Source of the DNA: Thermoplasmatales archaeon SW_10_69_26
GTDB taxonomy: Archaea; Thermoplasmatota; SW-10-69-26
Length of the DNA stretch: 27,048 nucleotides
Assembly (NCBI GenBank): GCA_003009755.1
Contig: PXUB01000049.1
Location: 1 to 27,048 of the forward strand
Direction of reading: 5' to 3'
Shown here: positions 17,849 through 24,916 of the stretch, one piece after another
Position numbering within the stretch: position 1 is the first letter of the stretch
How the letters are laid out: every line of letters begins with the position of its first letter
Translations under genes and position numbers: made by a program
Notes under the pieces: model-generated
What the model was told of the DNA's origin: nothing
Seen by the model: the letters and a program-made list of their open reading frames with translations, nothing else
Database searches by the model: none

Positions 17849-18037
17849 GGGGACCCAGAGCCGAGGCGAGGGCTCGGAAGCCTCGAACCCAACCCCAGAG
17901 ACGCCAGGACGGGCGAGGCTCAGGGGGCTTGTGAGGGCCCTCGCCGACGTCCAGGGTCCAGTCTCCCTCCTGAAGCCACTGCCCGGGACCCCGGCAACCC
18001 CGCCTAGATCCCTGGCCGCTCGGTGGGATCCTTCCAG

Positions 18038-18056
18038 CCTCCGTGTCTGTGTGGTC
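18038..18056 (-). repeat. Copy of the CACAGAG/CACGGAG repeat family
   Basis: Reverse complement GACCACACAGACACGGAGG shares its first 11 and last 11 nt with 9428-9458. Confidence 0.6.
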
Positions 18057-18167
18057 GAGTTCGGCACTCCCAGCCCTCCGTTGCCCTCCCCTCCTCCGCC
18101 TGACCAACAGCTGTACCCCATCGCCTTGATAACCCCCCTAACAGAGCCACGAGGTGAGTTGGTCCCG

Positions 18168-18272
18168 ATGTCCGAAGAGATGGACGTCCGCGGTGTCGTG
18201 CGCGTCGCCTCGATGATCTCCACGATCGCCGAGGAGCCGATGAACGTCGGCGGCGCCTACCGTTTGCCTTGA
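18168..18272 (+). CDS. Stand-alone 34-aa small protein MSEEMDVRGVVRVASMISTIAEEPMNVGGAYRLP
   Basis: SD GAGGTGA at 18151-18157, ATG 10 nt later, TTGATAA at 18126-18132. Genome-typical codons inside otherwise non-coding-looking DNA. Confidence 0.7.
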   Translation: MSEEMDVRGVVRVASMISTIAEEPMNVGGAYRLP

Positions 18273-18383
18273 TGCTGCAGGCGGGCGGGCTCACTTCGCT
18301 CACCCCACCTCGCCTTCGTCCACCGCCCGCCGACACCGCCGTTCTTCTCCTCAGCTCCCACCGCTGACCGCGGCCTCCCCTTC

Positions 18384-18420
18384 CTCTGCCGTTCTCTGAC
18401 TCTGTGGTTGGCTCTCCGTG
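18384..18420 (-). repeat. Degenerate CTCTG/CTCCGTG repeat cluster (same family)
   Basis: CTCTGCCGTTCTCTGACTCTGTGGTTGGCTCTCCGTG. Opposite orientation to ACAGAGCCACG at 18141-18151. Confidence 0.5.
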
Positions 18421-18446
18421 CCCTCCACGAGGCTGGGACCCTCGAC

Positions 18447-18881
18447 CTACACCGTGTCCATGTCCATCTCGGGCGTGACCTGGCGCAGCGCCTCGTGGAC
18501 CTCGGTGACAGCCTCGACGGCTTGGGCGCCGTAGTCGACGCGCTCGCGGGCTTCCTCGCCGCTCATGCCGGGCCCGGTGATGCCGAGCGCGATCGGCTTG
18601 CCCCACTCGAGGGACAGCTGTTGGAGGGTGCGCGTCGTCGCGTGCATGAGCACCTGGTCGTGGTCGGTGTCGCCGGTGACGACGGCCCCGAGCACGGCGA
18701 CGCCGTCGACGTCGGCGCGGGACATCAGCCGCTGGGCGACGACCGGCGTGTCGAAGGCGCCGGGCACGCGCACCGTAGCGGCGTGCTCGTGGCCGTGATC
18801 GTCGATCGCTTCCTCGGCGGCCTCGACCATCGAGTCGGTGACCTCGGCGTTGAAGCGGGCGGCGACGATCGCGACGCGCAT
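18447..18881 (-). CDS. ribH: 6,7-dimethyl-8-ribityllumazine synthase
   Basis: AIVAARFN, VPGAFDTP, LGAVV.G.T.HD and KPIALGI.GPG. TGATG overlap. Confidence 0.95.
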   Translation of the reverse strand: MRVAIVAARFNAEVTDSMVEAAEEAIDDHGHEHAATVRVPGAFDTPVVAQRLMSRADVDGVAVLGAVVTGDTDHDQVLMHATTRTLQQLSLEWGKPIALGITGPGMSGEEARERVDYGAQAVEAVTEVHEALRQVTPEMDMDTV

Positions 18882-19393
18882 CAGGTGTCCTCCTTGGGCG
18901 GGTCGGCGGGGACCTCGATCGGGCCTTCGTCGTGGTAGCCCTCGCGTTGCCCGGTGCCGGCGAGCTCGCGCAGGCGGTCGGGCTCGAAGAGCAGCCACAC
19001 GGCATTGCGGGCGTGCTCGCGGGCGCGGTTCTCGGCCAACCATCGCAGGCGGCCGGGGTCCTCGGCCTCGTCGGTGTGGACGAAGACCTCGAGCACGTGC
19101 GTGTCCGTGGCGATCTGGGCCTGCTGGATGCCCAAGGTCGCCTCGTGGGCGCACCGCTTGTCGATCTCCTCGGGGCCCACCTGGCCCAGAGCCATCACGA
19201 GGTCGCAGCCGGCCTGGGAGATCAGCCGTTTCGCGCCGACAGGCAGGTCCTTGATGCCGGGCACGGTGCGGCGGACGATCGACAGCTCCTCGTCGTGATC
19301 GGTGAGGTACTCGTCGATCGTTTCGCGGGTGGCTTGGGCCATGTCGACGCGGGCGAAGGTGGTGTCGACGATGCCGAGCGTGGGTGGGCTCAT
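18881..19393 (-). CDS. ribC: Archaeal riboflavin synthase
   Basis: GIVDTTFARVDM, TVPGIKDLPV, CAHEA, EVFVH.DE and G.GQREG. Confidence 0.95.
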   Translation of the reverse strand: MSPPTLGIVDTTFARVDMAQATRETIDEYLTDHDEELSIVRRTVPGIKDLPVGAKRLISQAGCDLVMALGQVGPEEIDKRCAHEATLGIQQAQIATDTHVLEVFVHTDEAEDPGRLRWLAENRAREHARNAVWLLFEPDRLRELAGTGQREGYHDEGPIEVPADPPKEDT

Positions 19394-19845
19394 GGCGTCT
19401 CCTCCTCGACGTCGGCGTACTCCCGGTAGGCGGGATCGGAGAGGATGCGGCGGACGATGCGTCGGGTGCCGGCGAGGTCGTCGGCGTGCTTGCTGACGCG
19501 TTCGACGCGGACCGCCAGGCCCCGGGCTTGGCACTCGTCTTCGATGGCCTGGGCCTGGTGGTAGTCGTCGTAGCCGAGCGCGATCACGTCGGGATCGATG
19601 CGCTCGACGGTCGCGTAGTGGTCCTCCTCGTCGCCGAGCACGGCTTCGGTCACCGGGTCGAGAGCGTCGACGAGCTCGAGCCGCATCTGTTCGGGCGTGA
19701 TCGGGGGGCGTTTGCGTTCGCGGACCGAGCGGTCGCGAGCCACGACGACGTAGAGCTGGTCCCCGAACTGGGCCGCCTCTCGCAGGTAGTGCAGGTGGCC
19801 GGTGTGCAACAGATCGAAGACGCCGGCGGCCATCACCCGAGTCAT
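19390..19845 (-). CDS. ribL: Archaeal FAD synthetase (cytidylyltransferase family)
   Basis: MTRVMAAGVFDLLHTGH (HxGH), VVVARD and PDVIALGYD. Inside the rib cluster. Confidence 0.9.
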   Translation of the reverse strand: MTRVMAAGVFDLLHTGHLHYLREAAQFGDQLYVVVARDRSVRERKRPPITPEQMRLELVDALDPVTEAVLGDEEDHYATVERIDPDVIALGYDDYHQAQAIEDECQARGLAVRVERVSKHADDLAGTRRIVRRILSDPAYREYADVEEETP

Positions 19846-19904
19846 CAACGAGGACCTATGCCCGGGGGGTCCCTTGAATGGGAGGGTGCCCGCGTGCTGG
19901 GGGC

Positions 19905-20660
19905 TCACGTGCCCTTGGCGGGGGCTTGGTGCAGGGCCCGGTTGGCGTCGGCTTGCCAGCCTTCCTGGATGTCGGCCCGGTCGACGAACGCGATGCCTCG
20001 GGCCTCGGCGCGCTGGCGGGCGCGCTGAGGGGACATGGCGTCGTCACCGTCGAGGATCTCGGCTCCGACGAGGGCTTCGGGGATGCCGGCCAGGCGGGCG
20101 AGCGCGGCGGCCATCTCGGTGTGACCGGTGCGGGTGTCGAGCAGGCCCTCGGCGGCGGCGCACACGTGAACGTGGCCGGGAGTGCGGAACTCCTCGACGA
20201 AGCGGTCGCGCAGCGTGGCGCCCTGCAGGCAGGGTTCCAGGCTGGCCAGGCGACCGATGCCCTGAATCGTCTTGGCTCGGTCGCGGTCGGTGATCCCTGT
20301 GAACGTGTCGCGGTGGTTCAGCGTGATCGAGAAGGAGCTGCGGGCGTCGTAGGGGAGCGAGCCGGGCACGAGCTCACCGAGGACCGGGTGCTCGTCGCTG
20401 GCGTCCCGGTAGACGTCGTGGAGGAACGGCAGGCCCAGGGCTTGGCGGACGTCGGGTCCGATGGCGACGAACACGAGTCCGCCGGCGTCGTCACGGAGCT
20501 GGCGGACGGCCTCGGGCGTGGCGTTCTGGGCGGGGACGAAGAGATCGGTTTCGCCCTCGCGCTCGTCGCCGTCGTACACCATGATCGGGCGACCCTGCTG
20601 GAGCGCGGACAGGGTGGTGTCCAGGGCGGGCGGTCCCGCGCTTTCGTTCCTGAGGCGCAC
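19905..20660 (-). CDS. ribB: 3,4-dihydroxy-2-butanone 4-phosphate synthase (archaeal type)
   Basis: YDGDEREGETD, LR.DAGGL, PYD.RSSFSI..NHR.TFTGITD.DR, FR.PGHV and R.GHTE. CTTTAT box near 20685-20690. Confidence 0.95.
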   Translation of the reverse strand: MRLRNESAGPPALDTTLSALQQGRPIMVYDGDEREGETDLFVPAQNATPEAVRQLRDDAGGLVFVAIGPDVRQALGLPFLHDVYRDASDEHPVLGELVPGSLPYDARSSFSITLNHRDTFTGITDRDRAKTIQGIGRLASLEPCLQGATLRDRFVEEFRTPGHVHVCAAAEGLLDTRTGHTEMAAALARLAGIPEALVGAEILDGDDAMSPQRARQRAEARGIAFVDRADIQEGWQADANRALHQAPAKGT

Positions 20661-20693
20661 GCGGGACCAACCCCCACCCCCCGCATAAAGCGT

Positions 20694-20720
20694 GGGTAGC
20701 TACCCAAGCCTTGGTAGCTA
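20694..20720. promoter_or_regulatory. Palindromic candidate operator upstream of ribB
   Basis: Perfect 12-bp palindrome GGGTAGCTACCC (20694-20705). GGTAGCTA recurs at 20713-20720. Confidence 0.4.
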
Positions 20721-20918
20721 GTGGAGGATCAGGTTGTCTTGCTGGATGAGCCGCGTCGTGTAGCCGGCAACCCGGTTGCGGAGCTCCTTGCTCTCGATGT
20801 CGGTCAGCTCCTGGACGAGCTGCTTGTTGGTCTGGAAGTCGTCGGTGAACACTTCCTCGTGCTTGCGGAGGAGCTCCATCGCGACGCGTTTGATGTAGGT
20901 TTGACGTATGTTGCCCAT
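20718..20918 (-). CDS. rps17e: 30S ribosomal protein S17e
   Basis: [18 protein letters not shown] and [11 protein letters not shown]. Confidence 0.97.
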   Translation of the reverse strand: MGNIRQTYIKRVAMELLRKHEEVFTDDFQTNKQLVQELTDIESKELRNRVAGYTTRLIQQDNLILH

Positions 20919-21036
20919 GCGAAGTCCTCGAGGCGCGTCAGGGACAGCGCCTCCTCCATATGAACCCTGTCCATCCTCCGCTCCTGCGTGACGGGCCCAA
21001 GCTGGCCGAGGAAGGCCAAGCGGGGGCCGTCTCCGG

Positions 21037-21462
21037 TTAGGCTTCCTGGCGGGCGCGCGAGGGGTCCTCGGTGGTGACGTCGACGAGGTTGCGGGCGCGC
21101 TCGATGCGGGCGAGGTCGCGGTTGATCGCCTCGCGTCGGCGGGCGGTGACCTCCTCGACGATCTCGCCGAGCCGCAGGTCGAGACCGTAGACGTTGACGG
21201 GTCGGCCCTTGCCGGGCGTCTTCTCGGTGCGGGTGTGGATCCAGCCGCGTTCCTCGAGCGTGGTGGTGGCTTGGCTGACCTGCGGTTGGCGGAGCCCGCA
21301 CGTTCTCTCGATCTCCGCCGATCGGCCTTCGCCGTGCTCGGCGAGGAAAGCGATGACTTGAGCTTGGCGGGCGTCGAGCCCGAGCTGACCCAACAGCTCG
21401 CCCAGCTCGCGAGCCTGCTCCCCCTCCAACCGTTCGTCGCTGCGACCGGGACCCTGCGACAC
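21037..21462 (-). CDS. Archaeal wHTH transcriptional regulator (COG4738/TrmB-like)
   Basis: [14 protein letters not shown]...L.ERGW......GKGRP..VY.L followed by a coiled coil. TTAAA at 21496-21500. Start approximate. Confidence 0.85.
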   Translation of the reverse strand: MSQGPGRSDERLEGEQARELGELLGQLGLDARQAQVIAFLAEHGEGRSAEIERTCGLRQPQVSQATTTLEERGWIHTRTEKTPGKGRPVNVYGLDLRLGEIVEEVTARRREAINRDLARIERARNLVDVTTEDPSRARQEA

Positions 21463-21524
21463 AGAATCGCCTGGTCGTACACCCGAGCCAGCGGATTTAA
21501 CTGTTGTCACGGAGAGGGGCAACA

Positions 21525-22670
21525 TCATCCGATGACCATGGCCTCGGCGTCGACGGTGCCTTGCTCGAAGCGGTCGACCCGGTATCGACTCATCTCGTAG
21601 CGGGGGTCTGCGCCGAGGATGAGGCGCTTGGTGATCTCGGTGACGACGGGGGAGACCATGAACCCGTGGCCAGAGAAGCCGTTGAGCTGGACGAAGTTGG
21701 CCAGCTCGGGGTGGGGGCCCAGGTTGGGGACGTGGTCGGGGGTGACGTCGTAGCAGCCGGCCCACTGCCGCATGGCGTTGACGGATCCCAACGAGGGGAT
21801 CAGGTCGGTCAGCTGGTCGGCGGCGCGCCGCAGGAAGTCGAAGCTGGCGGCGTGGGTGACCTCCTCGCGCCGGTGGCGGTCGCCTAAGCCGGTGACGAAC
21901 TCGCCGCGGCCGTCCTGGTTGACGTAGAGGCCGGTGTGCATGTCGACGACCATCGGGTCCAGCATCGGGCGCAGGGCCTCGGTGACGAAGATCTGGTGGC
22001 GGACCGGCGTGTTGGGGAGGTCGACGCCGGCCATCTGGGCGAGCTCGCTGCTCCAGGCGCCGGCGGCGTTGACGACCCAGTCGGGCTCGAAGGTGTGCTC
22101 GGGGGTCCCGACGGCCGTGATCCGGTCGCCGTCGGTGGTGACGTCGGTGACGGGGGTGCGGGTGTGCAGGTCGACGTCGTGGTCCTCGATGGCCTCCCGG
22201 AGGCCGTTGACGACGGGCCAGGGGAAGATGACGGCGTCCTCGGGGCAGTAGCTGGCCCCGACGTAGCGCTCCATGGCGACGGGCGGGGCCAGGTCCTGGG
22301 CTTCCTGGGGGGAGACAATGTGCGTGGGGATGCCGTGTTGGCGTTGGAACCGGGCGCGCTCGCGCATCGCGTCGAGCTTGTCCCGATCGCGGGCGAGCAT
22401 GAGGTAGCCGGACTGGCGGAACCAGGTGTGGAGGCCCAGCTCGCCGGCGTAACGCTTCCAGGCGTCGATCGAGTCCCGCGCCAGCTCGAGGTTCGACAAC
22501 GAGGCCCACTGGGCGCGCACGCCGCCGCCGTTGCGGCCGCTGCCGCCGTACATCGGGTACTTCCTCTCGACGACGACCACGTCCTCGACGCCGGCCTTCG
22601 CCAGCCGGTGGGCGGTGCCGAGCCCGTTGACGCCGGCGCCGACGACGAGCACTTCGGGTCGGGCTCTCAT
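21525..22670 (-). CDS. FAD-dependent oxidoreductase, DAO family (L-proline dehydrogenase beta / SoxB-like)
   Basis: VVGAGVNG, GGSGRNGGG.R, VVNAAGAWS, RQWAG.YD.TPD..P.LG and GFSGHGFM.SP. Confidence 0.92.
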   Translation of the reverse strand: MRARPEVLVVGAGVNGLGTAHRLAKAGVEDVVVVERKYPMYGGSGRNGGGVRAQWASLSNLELARDSIDAWKRYAGELGLHTWFRQSGYLMLARDRDKLDAMRERARFQRQHGIPTHIVSPQEAQDLAPPVAMERYVGASYCPEDAVIFPWPVVNGLREAIEDHDVDLHTRTPVTDVTTDGDRITAVGTPEHTFEPDWVVNAAGAWSSELAQMAGVDLPNTPVRHQIFVTEALRPMLDPMVVDMHTGLYVNQDGRGEFVTGLGDRHRREEVTHAASFDFLRRAADQLTDLIPSLGSVNAMRQWAGCYDVTPDHVPNLGPHPELANFVQLNGFSGHGFMVSPVVTEITKRLILGADPRYEMSRYRVDRFEQGTVDAEAMVIG

Positions 22671-22964
22671 CTACTCGTCCCCGTCGTCGGCCGGGTTGCG
22701 CGCCTCGGCCAGAGCGTCCAGGGGGACCGGCGTGACGGGTTGGCGGTGGGTGATCGAGCCCAGCTCCTCGGCGGTCTTGTCGGTGTGCTCGGCCAGCAGC
22801 TCGATCGTGGCCCGCAGGCACCAGCGGCCCTGGCAGGGGCCGGTCGTGACGGCGGTCACGCGCTTGATCGGTTCGAGGTCGGTGTAGCCCAGCTCGACGG
22901 CCTCCTCGACGTCCTCGACCAGCACGTCCTCGCACGGGCACAGCATTCGGCGTCGTCGCGTCAC
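22671..22964 (-). CDS. BFD-like [2Fe-2S]-binding subunit
   Basis: CPCEDV, KR.T...TGPCQGRWC and R.PV.PV. GTGA overlap with the upstream gene. Confidence 0.9.
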   Translation of the reverse strand: MTRRRRMLCPCEDVLVEDVEEAVELGYTDLEPIKRVTAVTTGPCQGRWCLRATIELLAEHTDKTAEELGSITHRQPVTPVPLDALAEARNPADDGDE

Positions 22965-24379
22965 TCGTTCCACACGCTCCTGATGGCGTCGCGCTCCTCG
23001 TCTCGCAGCCCGCCCTCGGCCTCGATCATCCTGGCGATCGCCTGCGGCTGCTCGCCGACGGCTCGCTGGCCGGCGGCCTGGCCCTGGACGAGAGCGGCCT
23101 CGACGGTGGGCAGACCGGCGCAGGTGCCGGCGACGTAGACGTCGGGGACGGGGGTCCGGCCGTCGGCGCGGTGCAACGGGACCCGACCCCCGAGCTCGTC
23201 CTGCCAGGTGTAGGGGACACCGGCCTGGCGGCCCAGCTCGGCCGAGGGGGCCACGCCGGGGTCGATCACGGCGGCCTCGACGTCGACGCGCCGCTTGTCG
23301 CCGACGACGGCCTCGACGCGTTCCTCGCCCTCGATCCACTCGGGGTCGTCGAGGGTGTGCACGGTGAGGCCGCGCTCGGTGGCGAGGTCGGCGAAGGCCC
23401 GGCCCTGGCGGTCGGGATCGAGGACGGCGACGGGGTCCCCAGGCTCGAGACCCCATCGGCCGAGCAGGATGCGGGCCGCGCGAGCGCCCAGCACGCCGGG
23501 CGTGTCGTTGCCCTCGACGATCGAGGGGCCCTCGTAGCCGCCGACGGCGAGCACGGTCGTCTCCGCGTCGACGGTGTGAACCGCCAGGCCTTCGGGCTCC
23601 TCGGCGAGCACGGCGGCGGGCTCGTCCTCGTAGAGACCGACGACGGCGCCCTGGATGCGTCGGCGATCGGGCACCTCGTCGAGCAGGTCCTCGGCCAGGC
23701 TGGGTCCATCGGCGGCCGCCAGGTCGCCGACCTCGATCGGCTCGTGGTGGTAGGAGAGGCTGCCGCCGTGCATGTCCTCGTCGACGAGCCGGACCTCGCG
23801 GCCGGCTTGGTGGACGGCGCGGGCCGCGGCGAGGCCGGCGGGGCCGCCGCCGGCGACGAGGACGTCGGTCTCGAGGTGGCGGCCCGGACTCGTGGCGACC
23901 TCGCCGGTCGGCTGGGTGCCGAACCCGGCCATGCGGCGGGCGATGGCCTCGTAGACCTGGTTGACGGGTTGGGGTCGGACGAAGCTGCGCTCGTGGTCGA
24001 AGCGCTCGAACAGGCGGTCGACGATGCTGAAGACGTCGGTCTCGGCCGAGGGCCAGCCGGTCTGGCTCTCGGCGTCCATGCCGTCGACGACCGGTGTCCG
24101 GCAGCCGCGGACGTTGGGGACGCCGTCGACCCGGATCAAACAGCCCGGACAGTCGCCGGTCATGCACATCGGGCCGCGCGGCCGGTGGTACTTGAGGCTG
24201 CGCGTTTGCGTGACGTGACCGGCGCGCCAGAGCGCGACGGCGATCGGTTCGCCGGGGCGGGCCTGGATCTGGTCCCCGTCCCAGGTGAACGTGACCGCGT
24301 CCTCGCTCGCCCCGTCATCGCCTCGAGCACCGGCTCCCAGCGAGGGCAGGGCCGCCGGGGGGTATGGGTTCTTCGACAC
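22961..24379 (-). CDS. Proline dehydrogenase alpha / SoxA-like subunit (2Fe-2S domain plus flavoprotein domain)
   Basis: RSLKYHRPRG, CMTGDCPGC..VDGVPNVRGC, VAGGGPAGLAA, GNDTPGV and VYVAG. No GcvT-like folate domain. Confidence 0.9.
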   Translation of the reverse strand: MSKNPYPPAALPSLGAGARGDDGASEDAVTFTWDGDQIQARPGEPIAVALWRAGHVTQTRSLKYHRPRGPMCMTGDCPGCLIRVDGVPNVRGCRTPVVDGMDAESQTGWPSAETDVFSIVDRLFERFDHERSFVRPQPVNQVYEAIARRMAGFGTQPTGEVATSPGRHLETDVLVAGGGPAGLAAARAVHQAGREVRLVDEDMHGGSLSYHHEPIEVGDLAAADGPSLAEDLLDEVPDRRRIQGAVVGLYEDEPAAVLAEEPEGLAVHTVDAETTVLAVGGYEGPSIVEGNDTPGVLGARAARILLGRWGLEPGDPVAVLDPDRQGRAFADLATERGLTVHTLDDPEWIEGEERVEAVVGDKRRVDVEAAVIDPGVAPSAELGRQAGVPYTWQDELGGRVPLHRADGRTPVPDVYVAGTCAGLPTVEAALVQGQAAGQRAVGEQPQAIARMIEAEGGLRDEERDAIRSVWNE

Positions 24380-24382
24380 GGC

Positions 24383-24859
24383 TCAGGCCGCGGCCACCCA
24401 TTCGGCGCCCTGCTCGGTGAGCTGGACCCTGTCGTCCTCGACGACGAGCAGGCCGGCGGCGACGAGGTACTCGCGCGTACGCTTCTCGACGTCGGCGGCC
24501 ATGGTGAGCTGTTCCTTGAGATCCGAGAGCGGGACGGCGACGGTGGGGTCCTCTTCGGCGAGGTCGTACAGCTCGCGGACGTAGTCGCCGCGTTGCTGGC
24601 GGCGTTCGTCGACGACCTCGTCTCGGCCCTCCTCGAGGCGTTGCTCTTCGACGCTGTGGATCGCGGGGATCCGCAACCGGTAGCCGGATCCGGCGTCCTC
24701 GAGCAGGCCACGGTCCATCAGGTCCCGCTCCATGCGGCGTTGGCGGTCTTCGTCGGTGCCGAGCTTGCGGGCGAGGGCCTGGCTGGACACGGTGGTCAGC
24801 GGGCTGCCGTCGGCCTCCTCGTAAGCGATCTCCAGGAAGCGAGTCTCGTCGTCGTCCAT
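24383..24859 (-). CDS. Hypothetical tandem winged-helix protein
   Basis: Two similar halves (FLEIAYEEADGSP..VSSQALARKLG..LMDRGLL / YVRELYDLAEEDP..VPLSDLKEQL..LVAAGLL..LTEQG). CTTAAG near 24888-24893. Confidence 0.75.
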   Translation of the reverse strand: MDDDETRFLEIAYEEADGSPLTTVSSQALARKLGTDEDRQRRMERDLMDRGLLEDAGSGYRLRIPAIHSVEEQRLEEGRDEVVDERRQQRGDYVRELYDLAEEDPTVAVPLSDLKEQLTMAADVEKRTREYLVAAGLLVVEDDRVQLTEQGAEWVAAA

Positions 24860-24916
24860 GCGTCCGTTCGACGAATGGCCCCGGGCCCTTAAGCTCCTGA
24901 GGTACGAACCGTCACG

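Noticed and set aside
1-18369. Short matches between the window start and the small-ORF region (CCGATGTCCG, CAGGCGGGCGG, CCGCTGACC)
   Set aside because: 9-11-mers, GC-rich and not collinear. Expected by chance at this base composition.
19846-19908. Extension of ribL to overlap the ribB stop
   Set aside because: Homology starts at MTRVMA (19845), and a TTCAA box lies about 30 nt upstream of that start.
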